Below are positions 38,613-47,667 of a stretch of 64,000 nucleotides of DNA, piece after piece (the stretch's first letter is position 1; each line of letters opens with the position of its first letter). The notes under the pieces were generated by a model that saw only the letters and a list, made by a program, of their open reading frames with translations, did not search any database and was not told where the DNA came from. Position numbers and translations under genes: made by a program. The DNA lies in the IMG/VR virus record IMGVR_UViG_3300027963_000035, positions 124,001 to 188,000 of that record. One strand, 5' to 3'.

Positions 38613-38903
38613 CTAGACTTTAAAAGGAGGAGTTGAACAAGAGGGATTACCAGTGTGTGAAAAACTAGTCTTAAAACACCCCTCATTAAAATGCTTCTGG
38701 TATTCCTCGTTAAACAGGATCTGGTAAGCCAAACCACCAAACTCTGCAATTTCTTTCAGACGCTTGAGGTTCTGTTCACCATTACGCCAGACCCTATTAT
38801 CGTCGCTCCAACTGTAATACCAGTCGTGATTCTCTAGGAGAGTCTTGTATTCAGCGAGTTTCTGGTCGAAACTGGCAAGCATACTGTTTTTACTAGTTTC
38901 CAT
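38613..38903 (-). CDS. hypothetical protein (predicted leaderless)
   Basis: HDWYY..SDD..VW..G pattern; ATG 8 nt after TACGGT at 38912. Confidence 0.7.
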   Translation of the reverse strand: METSKNSMLASFDQKLAEYKTLLENHDWYYSWSDDNRVWRNGEQNLKRLKEIAEFGGLAYQILFNEEYQKHFNEGCFKTSFSHTGNPSCSTPPFKV

Positions 38904-38939
38904 GACAAGAGACCGTACCAAAAAGAAAAGAAGAAACCT

Positions 38940-39230
38940 TCAAAACTTGACTCCAAGATTAGCTAGTTCTGTCAAATAATTGTCTAATAGTTTCACAATT
39001 TGATCATTATTATAAAATCCGCTCAATGCTTCACTTCCTATTAAAACATCATTCAGAATTGAATTCTTCATTTTTGAAAGATAGTCTTGAACTTTTTTTT
39101 CATCTGGTTTGAAACTGTATCTGTCAAAGTTCTTTGGATGATATTCACCATGAGGTATTTTGTTATGACTAAGGAATCCTGATCTGCTCATCACATCTTC
39201 ACTAATTTTCCATTCTTTATATGTTTTCAT
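38940..39230 (-). CDS. hypothetical protein with capsid-targeting-like N-terminus
   Basis: MKTYKEWKISE after GAGGA. Confidence 0.65.
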   Translation of the reverse strand: MKTYKEWKISEDVMSRSGFLSHNKIPHGEYHPKNFDRYSFKPDEKKVQDYLSKMKNSILNDVLIGSEALSGFYNNDQIVKLLDNYLTELANLGVKF

Positions 39231-39338
39231 ATTATTCCTCACTTTCGTCAGGCATGTCAACAAAGTCTATAAATGTTATATAATACATCATAAGTTTATA
39301 TAGAACGTGCAAAACATTTTTTCAAGCAGAAACCAAGA

Positions 39339-39430
39339 AATTCTCCTAAATGCTTGTGAAATAAGGACTTAGGGAAAATAGGAAAAAGCCAATTCTCCTA
39401 AGTCCTTGTGAACAAAAGACTTAGGGAAAA
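39339..39430. repeat. two 40-bp direct repeats, each an imperfect palindrome
   Basis: aattctcctaaatgcttgtgaaataaggacttagggaaaa (39339-39378) and aattctcctaagtccttgtgaacaaaagacttagggaaaa (39391-39430). Confidence 0.9.
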
Positions 39431-39631
39431 ATTCAAAAAACTATGAACACTATAGTCATCATCATGTCCGGCAAAGTTGAGACTTGCAGGTATGAAACAT
39501 TTATAAATTATATTTTTAATACAAAAAAAATAAAATAACTCAAATGTGGTACCTTGACTAGGGGGTTTGGACAGCATAGAGTGTTTATGCGGAGGATGGT
39601 TTCACAAGGAAGTGAGAAGAGGAACTAAAGA

Positions 39632-40021
39632 ATGAAAACTCAAGGTGAAGCAGAAGAACTGATGTGTAAGGATTTTTCAAGGTTCTACATTGTGTTCTTA
39701 GGCAGAGGACCCAAAGACATTAAAGTCCATTCAGTTGATAACAATATACTAGTGGTCACACAGAATAATTTTACAAATTGTGAAAAACTTCTCCTAAGCA
39801 CAGAAAGAGGTAATATAATCGCAAAAGAGATGCGAAAGAGCTTAATTGAATCTGGTGAGTGTGAACTATTGAAAATAGTAACTAAAGCCACAAATGAGAA
39901 AGTAAACAATTTCCACCATGACTTTTCAACAAAGAATGGTGAAGAAGCACTCCTATTCAGTTTATGTGGTGTTCCGGGATATCGTTTGAAAAATAATAAA
40001 TATACTAAGTTAGGAGCATGA
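39632..40021 (+). CDS. DUF2294 (MpsC-like) protein
   Basis: MKTQGE.E...SRF....LGRGPKDI....HHD.ST..GEE pattern. Confidence 0.75.
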   Translation: MKTQGEAEELMCKDFSRFYIVFLGRGPKDIKVHSVDNNILVVTQNNFTNCEKLLLSTERGNIIAKEMRKSLIESGECELLKIVTKATNEKVNNFHHDFSTKNGEEALLFSLCGVPGYRLKNNKYTKLGA

Positions 40022-40746
40022 GTCTCAAGTTCAACCAGAGTTCAAGAATTAATTATATAAATTTAAAAGAAAGCAAGGATCGCTTTCTGTTTATGGAGAA
40101 TCAATTCAAAGAATATAATATCACAAATTATAAAAGATTCTCTACAGAAAGATTTGAAGAATACAAGGAACTGGTCAAAATAACTGGCCCTTATATTGAA
40201 AGTGTCAATCATCATGGCACAAACATAACGTTTTTAAGGTGCATTAAGAATTGGCTAGATGAAACAAGTGAGGAATACGGAATATTCCTAGAAGATGATA
40301 CCAGTTTCATTACTAGTCATTATTGGAATTTTACTTGGAATGAATTCCTCTATAGTTTACCAAAAGATTGGGAAGTTGTTCAATTAATCAGAATTAATAG
40401 TATTAACGCAAATAAGCCAGAATTAAACATTCGTACCCGAGATAGTTATGATTGGGGTGCAAGTTGTATGATGAAGAGGACCTATGCAGAAAAACTATTA
40501 AAGAGTTATATGGTGAATCACAATGAATTTTTGTTTGATATCAAGGGTACAGATCTTATGCCCATAGTTGAAAATCTTTTATTCACTAGTGGAGTTTGTT
40601 TAAACGTACCTTTATTCATTGAAACATGTCTCCCTAGCACATACAACAGGGGATATGATCCAATACATGAATATAGCAGATTAAAGTATATGGAACTCTG
40701 GGAAAAACAGGGATTAAGCAAGAGTATAAAAGAGTTTCTTGTTTAA
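40018..40746 (+). CDS. glycosyltransferase family 25-like protein
   Basis: YINL....DR...M..QF, IFLEDD, LP.DWE.VQL. Confidence 0.75.
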   Translation: MSLKFNQSSRINYINLKESKDRFLFMENQFKEYNITNYKRFSTERFEEYKELVKITGPYIESVNHHGTNITFLRCIKNWLDETSEEYGIFLEDDTSFITSHYWNFTWNEFLYSLPKDWEVVQLIRINSINANKPELNIRTRDSYDWGASCMMKRTYAEKLLKSYMVNHNEFLFDIKGTDLMPIVENLLFTSGVCLNVPLFIETCLPSTYNRGYDPIHEYSRLKYMELWEKQGLSKSIKEFLV

Positions 40747-41328
40747 AGCCTATTAGAGGCTGTTTAAAGCCTTATTAAAAATCAGGCTATGGGATGATTA
40801 AAAAAGATTAAAAAGCCGTCAAAAGCTAAAAATGGAGATAATAGAGGGAATAAAGAGCGGCTATAAAGCGGAGGGGCCACGCCAACCCTTTTTCATCTTT
40901 TTATTTTCTTTTTATTTTCTTTCTATATGCCCATAAAAAAAGGCACTTTAAACAAACATGAAAAAATCTTTTTTTTGATTTTGGGCCTATAACCCACAAA
41001 GTTATTCATTATATTTCTGACTTTGGGTCTATAACCCACAAAGAAGTCTTTTGTTAAAGTCTATCACGCTTCACAGTTTAGTTTTTATGAAAGAAAAAGA
41101 CAAAATTCTGGAGATAATTAAACTCTGTGAGAGTGCAATAAACAAACAAACTGAGAAGAATAAAAAAGGTGGCTATGGTTTGGATGATTATACAGACGGC
41201 CGAATGATAGGAAGTGCTAGTCTAGCCAGAAATATACTGAGGATTATTAAAAAATCAGTTTGAGAAATAGTGAAGGGTCAAGCCTTTTAAAACTTGACCC
41301 TTCATGTTCTTTAATCCATCTTCCAATT

Positions 41329-42210
41329 CTACTGATTTTTTAATTTTTCTAATTCTTCTTTTAGTTTTAGATTTTCTTTTAAAAGAAAATCTAATTCTTT
41401 TTGCTTTTTTTGTTCTTCTATTTGTTTCCTAAGATCTTCGTTTTCTTTTTCTATTTTTATTTTGATATTTTCTTTATCTGATGTAACATGCACAGGATAA
41501 GATCCATTGATACGCTTTGTTCCTTGTAAAAATAATTTTAAAGTAACAAAATCAGATTCTAAATCAATTGAGACTTCATAAAAATTTTGCTGCGTTGGTT
41601 TGCCTTCAACTGTAGCCCCGTCCTTGATATCGCTATTAAGAATTAGATCATGGGTTGGATATGAATTTTGGATTCCAGAGTGATCTGAATTATTATTTCT
41701 GTGTAGGGATCGAGGAGCGTGTTTATTGTATGTGTGTGAATCACAAGTAGCATTCCAACTACATGGGGTAGTTGATGACATCCAATAGGTATTTGAGGTA
41801 TTTGGCCACTTATTGTTATTCCAAATTGAAGGATTGTATGTATAAGTAACAGGAAGTTGCTTTTCTAAATAAAAAACAGATTCAATCAAACCTTTTACTT
41901 TATCATCATTATTTCCGTTTTTTCCAAAATCTATTGCTTCTTCACTGTCTAAAGAAACAAACTTGAATGCACAATCTTTATGGGCATATCTTTTTATGTC
42001 TATAAAACTGTTGGCGTTTATAACATAACCATCAGCACTTGCATTTTCACCGTCTATTTTAAATTTAACGACTGCTCTGCGGTCGTTTTTATTTCTAAAC
42101 CTGATTGTGTATTCACTTCCAAAGGGTATGATGACGGTTCCATTTGCTAATTCTTTTTGAATTTTACCGTCAATAATAATACACATTACAAACTTGTTTG
42201 AATAAACCAT
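41329..42210 (-). CDS. hypothetical protein
   Basis: 293 aa, GGAGG RBS, hairpin at 41271-41305 downstream. Confidence 0.75.
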   Translation of the reverse strand: MVYSNKFVMCIIIDGKIQKELANGTVIIPFGSEYTIRFRNKNDRRAVVKFKIDGENASADGYVINANSFIDIKRYAHKDCAFKFVSLDSEEAIDFGKNGNNDDKVKGLIESVFYLEKQLPVTYTYNPSIWNNNKWPNTSNTYWMSSTTPCSWNATCDSHTYNKHAPRSLHRNNNSDHSGIQNSYPTHDLILNSDIKDGATVEGKPTQQNFYEVSIDLESDFVTLKLFLQGTKRINGSYPVHVTSDKENIKIKIEKENEDLRKQIEEQKKQKELDFLLKENLKLKEELEKLKNQ

Positions 42211-42248
42211 ACGAACCTCCTTTAAACCTAAAAATTATACTCAATTCC

Positions 42249-42525
42249 TCATCTTGAGCGATGGTTCTTTGTTCGCATAAAGAACCTAGACAATAGGTCA
42301 TTTGTCGAGGATATGTTATTTATAGTTAAATTATAGATTTTTTCAATAGGTCTTTGACAAAATTCAAATATTCTGCAATAATAGACTCTATGAAAAACAG
42401 GTTTGATTTTACCAGCGGCTCCTAATCCTGCCATTCCTATTAGTCCAGCCGTTATTAAGTTTTTGCCCCATCCTTCTTCAATAGTTTCTGGATGATTCTC
42501 TTCTAAATTGTTGGAATGTTTTCAT
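42249..42525 (-). pseudogene. frameshifted paralog of 18656..19222
   Basis: MKTFQQ, frameshift, then LEENHPETIEEGWGKNLITAGLIGMAGLG; 3' part overlaps a duplicated promoter. Confidence 0.6.
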
Positions 42526-43040
42526 CTGATTGCAACCCTTACTATAGGACTTTTCTGTAGAGCTTCCTGCATTTTACTTATTTTTTGTTTTATTATTTCG
42601 TTTACTAGTTCTTGTGCAAAGCCAGGAACTATCGTATTATTGTTAACAGCTTGAATTATTGAGTTTATAACTCCCTGTTTTTCTTCTGCGGTTAAACAAG
42701 CTTGAGATTCAGGGGTTGAGCCAGTTCTAGATTCTATTTCAGCTTCAAGATGTCCTGGTCTGAGTGCTTTATTGCCTGCTTTACCACTACGAATATCTTG
42801 TTCTATATTTTGTCTTATTGTTTGTTTTGCTTTATTTAAAGCGTTGCTGTTCTGCATATTTTGAGATACTACATCTTTTCCACCCCAAACAGCTGTTATT
42901 ATAGACTTGGCTAAACCACCATATGGAACGGCGTTTGCCACAATTTCCGTTCCTATTTCCTTGGCGGCAGATTTAACTATATCGCCAACTGGTTTTTGAT
43001 CTAGCATATTATCTTCTAAATATTGTTGAAATGTTTTCAT
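42522..43040 (-). CDS. hypothetical protein with capsid-targeting-like N-terminus
   Basis: MKTFQQYLEDN. Confidence 0.7.
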   Translation of the reverse strand: MKTFQQYLEDNMLDQKPVGDIVKSAAKEIGTEIVANAVPYGGLAKSIITAVWGGKDVVSQNMQNSNALNKAKQTIRQNIEQDIRSGKAGNKALRPGHLEAEIESRTGSTPESQACLTAEEKQGVINSIIQAVNNNTIVPGFAQELVNEIIKQKISKMQEALQKSPIVRVAIR

Positions 43041-43272
43041 AAAAATATATAAGCATGAAAAGTATTTTCTATATTAATATGTGCTAGAACTACATATTAA
43101 AAGTATTAGTCTACTGGGATCAGGAATATCCTGATAAAAGAATAGGTGATAATCTATTTGAAGTCTATGAAAATAAAGCCCTCAGAAAATCAATAGAAGA
43201 ATGCTGTGACTTTGGATTAAATGTCCAGAATTGCTGTGGGGAGATAAACAGAACGTTTTTTTAAATATGAAT

Positions 43273-43301
43273 TGACAAAAGTATAGAGTTCTGCAATAAT
43301 A
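43273..43301 (+). promoter_or_regulatory. sigma70-like promoter, duplicated at 42355-42383
   Basis: TTGACA-17 nt-AATAAT, 6 nt before ATG 43308. Confidence 0.55.
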
Positions 43302-43307
43302 GACTCT

Positions 43308-43535
43308 ATGAAAAACAATAACGCACATTTAATTCTAATATTAATATCCTATCTTGCTATAGGATCTATTCTTGCTAGTAACAGTGTTCATGATAAGACC
43401 TTAAAATTAACTCAAGACTCTATTGAAACTCTATTAAAGATAGAAATCATAACAGAAAAGCAGTTTAATAATCTTCAAAATAGAGTTGAACATCTAGAGA
43501 GAGGGGAGAGAATAATTGCTAGAGTTAACTATTAG
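43308..43535 (+). CDS. small membrane-anchored protein
   Basis: TM helix plus coiled coil. Confidence 0.6.
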   Translation: MKNNNAHLILILISYLAIGSILASNSVHDKTLKLTQDSIETLLKIEIITEKQFNNLQNRVEHLERGERIIARVNY

Positions 43536-43566
43536 GTAATTTTTTTGAATTTACTATAATAGTGTA

Positions 43567-44388
43567 ATGAAAAAACCATCTATTGCTCCTGATAAATCAT
43601 TACCAACTCCTTGGGAAGGATCAGTTATTAAAAAGCCCTGGGAATATAAGGTCACAGCGGTCATACCTTGTATCAATGCTATGGATAGTTTACCATTAGT
43701 GATTGAAACTCTCAGACTACAAACTGAAAGACCTTATATTGTGATCGTTGATACTGGGAGCGAGGATACTAGTAGTATTGAAGATTTAAGGGATGAGGAT
43801 GTTGAGATTCATTTTATTCGTTCCAATAGTTGGCGGCATCCAAGTGAACCAGTAACAGCAGCAATGGATTTAAGTTTATCATTCGTTCACACTAGGTTCT
43901 TGTTTTGCACCCATTCAGACTGTTTTCTTAAAAGAAAAGAATTATTAGCTGAAATGGTTGAACTGTGCGAATTGCATAAAGCAGTTGGCTATCAACTTAG
44001 TCCTAGGCCACATCCAGATTGGGAATGGATGCTAGGACATACTTGCACTATGTTTGATGTAATGACACTAGACAAAATTGATGCAACTTGGGGTCTCCGA
44101 AGATTATGTAATAATCGTGGAGTAGAACTCAAACCAGCAGTATGTGGTCCAAATTGGCCTGATACAGAACTATTAATTAACTATCAACTTAAACAAAACG
44201 GTATAAATTCTCTACTAATAGGTTCAGAGCAGAACTATGAGAGAACAAATGATAATAACATTGATCATTGTCGCTCACTTCCTAGTTCTATGATTTATTT
44301 TGAACAATACGCTCAAAATGCTAAATTATGGATGAATGATGCTATAGAACAAGCAAAGAAAAGAATTGAAGAGTGGTCAGAGAAATGA
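43567..44388 (+). CDS. glycosyltransferase family 2
   Basis: TAVIP, IVIVDTGS, THSD. Confidence 0.8.
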   Translation: MKKPSIAPDKSLPTPWEGSVIKKPWEYKVTAVIPCINAMDSLPLVIETLRLQTERPYIVIVDTGSEDTSSIEDLRDEDVEIHFIRSNSWRHPSEPVTAAMDLSLSFVHTRFLFCTHSDCFLKRKELLAEMVELCELHKAVGYQLSPRPHPDWEWMLGHTCTMFDVMTLDKIDATWGLRRLCNNRGVELKPAVCGPNWPDTELLINYQLKQNGINSLLIGSEQNYERTNDNNIDHCRSLPSSMIYFEQYAQNAKLWMNDAIEQAKKRIEEWSEK

Positions 44389-45509
44389 GTAGATTTTCAA
44401 AAGACGAAGAAGTATATTTTTACAATAAAGAAACCAACGAAATACTAGCGGGCAAAATATTCGACATTAAAGATAAAAATGAATATCAAATAATTTGTTA
44501 TATTGATATGAAATCTAGAGTGACGCCCTATACGCCAATAGTATCAGAATCAGAAATCAGTCACAATAAAGATGAACTTGAGTATTTAGTAAAAAACACT
44601 CAAATATACAAACGCTATAAACTATTACTTAGAAACATATCAAAAACAGATAAAGGATTGGAAATTGGACCTTTTTATCATCCAATTGCACCAAAAAAAG
44701 ACGGATGGCAAACAACAATAGTCGATATATGTTCTAAAGAAGATTTAATCAAAAAACTATCGCCAGAAATCATGTCGCATGGATTGTCTAAAAATATAGA
44801 AGATATAGACATTTTGTGGGATTGGAAAAATGAGTCTTTAGAGGAAGCGGTAAAAAATAAAGTTGGTAACAATTTAGATTATATAATAAGTAGTCATTCA
44901 ATAGAACATGTGGTTGATATTCTTGATTTTTTAAAATCTTGCTCTAACCTGCTTAAAGAGAGTGGAGTATTTAACTTGGCAGTCCCAGATTTAAGATATA
45001 ACTTTGATTTTTTTAGAAATCCTTCCTCTCTTGGTCAAGTATTATCGGTATATAACAATAAAACCAAAAGACATTCTTCTGAAGTCTACTTAGATTCCAT
45101 AAATCATCAATCTTGGGCTGACAAACAAAGTGCTTGGAGGCCACATTCTTCTCAAGAAGTTGTTCTTTATCCTCAAAAACTTGAAGTTTCATGGAAGTTA
45201 TACCAAGATAATTTGATTTCTGAAAATCATACTGATTGTCACAATTGGGCTTTCACACCCAGCAGTTTCAAGCTTTTATTTTTTGAGTTGTTGGTTTTAG
45301 GTTTTATTGATCTAATGGTAAATAAAATAGTTCAAGATGACTCCGAAAATGGTTCAGAGTTTATTGTTCAACTCATAAAAATAGACAAAACAAGCATAGA
45401 AATGAAATCTGAAGAAATACATGAACATCGTTTAAAATTATTGTCTAATATCGTAATTGAACTTGCACAAAGAGTAGAAATAGGAAAGTTAAAATACCAT
45501 TATCTTTAA
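44385..45509 (+). CDS. class I SAM-dependent methyltransferase
   Basis: GLEIGP, DYIISSHSIEH, LK..G....AVPD. Confidence 0.8.
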   Translation: MSRFSKDEEVYFYNKETNEILAGKIFDIKDKNEYQIICYIDMKSRVTPYTPIVSESEISHNKDELEYLVKNTQIYKRYKLLLRNISKTDKGLEIGPFYHPIAPKKDGWQTTIVDICSKEDLIKKLSPEIMSHGLSKNIEDIDILWDWKNESLEEAVKNKVGNNLDYIISSHSIEHVVDILDFLKSCSNLLKESGVFNLAVPDLRYNFDFFRNPSSLGQVLSVYNNKTKRHSSEVYLDSINHQSWADKQSAWRPHSSQEVVLYPQKLEVSWKLYQDNLISENHTDCHNWAFTPSSFKLLFFELLVLGFIDLMVNKIVQDDSENGSEFIVQLIKIDKTSIEMKSEEIHEHRLKLLSNIVIELAQRVEIGKLKYHYL

Positions 45510-45862
45510 TATCCACAATATAATATTCTATTAGCGTCAAAATATATAGAATAAACTGTTGGGGGGTGAATTCACAATTTCCATTAATACTATTTATAAG
45601 CTCTTTTTCTGTTATACAACCAATTAGTATGGGTGTAAACTTGGTTTAATAGGGACATCAAAAGGTCTTTTTGCAATCCTCAATGGTTTTCTTACGGAGC
45701 AACTCACAATCCTCTCAGGACAGCAGTTATTATCCCCGCATCCATGATTTTCAAGATCAGAATATATTAAATTTAAATCATTATAATCTTTGGCAATTAC
45801 AGCATATTCTCTTTGGCCGATTTGTTCGTTGGTGGTCATATACCTATATAGGATTATCTAAT

Positions 45863-46534
45863 TTATTTTACAAGTTCCATTAGGTAATCAACACTATCTC
45901 TGAATTCTTTTTCTGGTATATAACCAATTGTTTCAGTGTAATAATTAATTGGGATCTTATTTTTAATTTTTAAATCAATTGATTTTTCTGGGTCTGCATC
46001 GAGTATCTTTTTGGCCCTAGAGTGTTCAAACATTCTATTCTCAAGCAGTTCATCGCTTAATGACTCTAGTATCATATACCAGGCATCAACTTCTTTGCTT
46101 TTATCTTCAATTACTTTTGGGGTTTTGTAGATGTCTGAGTATGTATCATTGACTAGTTTTCGGTATTTAAATTTTTCTCTTTTATGTTCTACTGAAAATA
46201 TCTCAAAACTAATAGAATTTACAAGACTTTCGAATACAGAATATATTGCACTGTCACTCCATTGATGAGGATGAAGAATTTCTTCGTCTGTTAATAGTGC
46301 CTTAGAAACTTTGGCAACACTGTATAGTTTTTCTTTGGTATTTATATCATTAAAAGGTCTATGATATATCGGACACTTATTAAGATAAAATGTGTCCCTC
46401 TCTTTTATTATTTCTTTTAAATATTCTTCACTATAATCTAAAAAGAAATATTCAAAGTTCTCATACACCCCTATTATATAAAGATTTTTGAGTTTACCCT
46501 CTAATTTAATATCTTGATGATCATGACTCCACAT
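45863..46534 (-). CDS. hypothetical protein
   Basis: 223 aa, AGGAGG RBS. Confidence 0.7.
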   Translation of the reverse strand: MWSHDHQDIKLEGKLKNLYIIGVYENFEYFFLDYSEEYLKEIIKERDTFYLNKCPIYHRPFNDINTKEKLYSVAKVSKALLTDEEILHPHQWSDSAIYSVFESLVNSISFEIFSVEHKREKFKYRKLVNDTYSDIYKTPKVIEDKSKEVDAWYMILESLSDELLENRMFEHSRAKKILDADPEKSIDLKIKNKIPINYYTETIGYIPEKEFRDSVDYLMELVK

Positions 46535-46550
46535 TATCCTCCTAGTGTAT

Positions 46551-46578
46551 AAAAAAACCCTGCCTTTTGGGCAGGGTT
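46551..46578 (-). terminator. intrinsic terminator
   Basis: aaccctgcc / ggcagggtt hairpin with an A7 run on the plus strand. Confidence 0.75.
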
Positions 46579-46584
46579 AGTAAT

Positions 46585-46800
46585 TTACTTTTTTGTGTTG
46601 TCGTGGTTTTTCCACTTCATTTCACCATGATCTACTTCATCATCATCTAATTTCGGCCCCATTTTCTGAATAGCGTCAGCGGCAACTGGGGTGAAATAAC
46701 TTGCGGGGTAATGCGAGCGAATATAACTATCGGGATATGCCCAGTGCATAGTCCCTGCTCTTGTTGTTTTTTCGCTTAATAGCCATTCCTTAAAATTCAT
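46585..46800 (-). CDS. hypothetical protein with capsid-targeting-like N-terminus
   Basis: MNFKEWLLSE; CATATATA upstream. Confidence 0.65.
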   Translation of the reverse strand: MNFKEWLLSEKTTRAGTMHWAYPDSYIRSHYPASYFTPVAADAIQKMGPKLDDDEVDHGEMKWKNHDNTKK

Positions 46801-46827
46801 ACATTATATATGAACCAAACTCTTTTT

Positions 46828-47499
46828 TTATGGCATTAAAGTATCTTTTGTATGATGATCAAAAGATACATTTTTCATATCTCTAAACTTCTTTTTAACT
46901 TCAGCCAGAGATATTGGATATGGGCAATTCTCTACACCAACATCAATAATTTTGGCTTTATAGAGAATCTTGCCAATTTCGCTTTTGTATAGATTTGCGT
47001 GACAATGACTGTGGATCATAAATGAACCTTTGCTTTGGCGGTTCCAACTTGCCAAAGGATAATGGCTCATTACAATTTCTTGTCCACCTATGGTTGCTTC
47101 AAGATAATTAGGAACAAAGATCACCTTTTTATCTTCTTCTGGAAGATAAACATTTTCTTCAATGCTTTCAAAGATCTGCTTATATCCGCCCTGATGATTT
47201 CCAGGCATAACATAGAGTTTCTTAAAACTTATGTCTTTTAGAAACTTAATGAATTTTTCTTCGGCATTATGTCCGAAGATACTATCGCCAAGAAGAAATC
47301 CGATAGTATTATGGTTTGCCTTATTGTTCCAGTTGTTGACTAGGCCAAGATTATATTCTTCAATGCTATTATAGCCTCTGTGCTTCCAAATTGGAATTGT
47401 CCAATGTTCTGATAGATGGTCAAGATGAACACATCCCCAAAAAAGAACATTATTTTCTTTTTCGTTTTCTTTTATTGCTTTGTAGAAATAATCTTTCAT
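46828..47499 (-). CDS. calcineurin-like metallophosphoesterase
   Basis: (G)CVHLDH, LLGD, PGNH, MSHYP, HSHCH, DVGV. Confidence 0.85.
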   Translation of the reverse strand: MKDYFYKAIKENEKENNVLFWGCVHLDHLSEHWTIPIWKHRGYNSIEEYNLGLVNNWNNKANHNTIGFLLGDSIFGHNAEEKFIKFLKDISFKKLYVMPGNHQGGYKQIFESIEENVYLPEEDKKVIFVPNYLEATIGGQEIVMSHYPLASWNRQSKGSFMIHSHCHANLYKSEIGKILYKAKIIDVGVENCPYPISLAEVKKKFRDMKNVSFDHHTKDTLMP

Positions 47500-47667
47500 G
47501 ACAGTGATGAATAATCCTAGTTTAGATCTATTCCTTAATAGTTTCCTCTAGTAGACCAATAGCCGTTTCCAAAAATATCGGCCAATCCCATAAATCTACT
47601 TCGTAATCTATAGTATTATTCCAACTAGAGATAAAGTCCTTAATTCTATTCTTGAGTTCATTAGTCA

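Larger units (their letters stand above)
22356..38921 (-). promoter_or_regulatory. array of about 45 copies of a phage-specific promoter motif TYYRG-TACGGT-N7-Y/R(+1)
   Basis: Plus-strand ACCGTACY (or 1-mismatch variant) at about 22356, 22424, 22457, 22489, 23070, 23307, 23464, 23811, 23973, 24157, 24418, 24694, 24922, 25661, 25943, 26266, 26502, 26769, 26964, 27377, 27669, 27874, 28471, 28807, 29062, 29758, 30013, 30217, 30574, 30927, 31505, 31804, 32106, 32535, 33274, 34038, 35659, 36770, 37481, 37877, 38594, 38912. All in one orientation, almost all just upstream of minus-strand genes or tRNAs. Confidence 0.85.

Noticed and set aside
22356-38921. The motif array as a CRISPR array or integron attC cassette array
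   Set aside because: The conserved core is only about 11 bp, spacing is irregular and gene-sized, there is no attC-like palindrome, and no cas or integrase gene is in the window
22356-38921. TGGTACG as a sigma54 -24 element
   Set aside because: The downstream TTG(T/C) lies 8 nt after GTACG rather than 4, and the inferred start site puts the motif at about -19..-9
45624-45839. N-terminal fragment of a phage S8-peptidase-like gene
   Set aside because: Only a vague resemblance (REY.V...Y.DL) and no catalytic motifs; not supportable without a search
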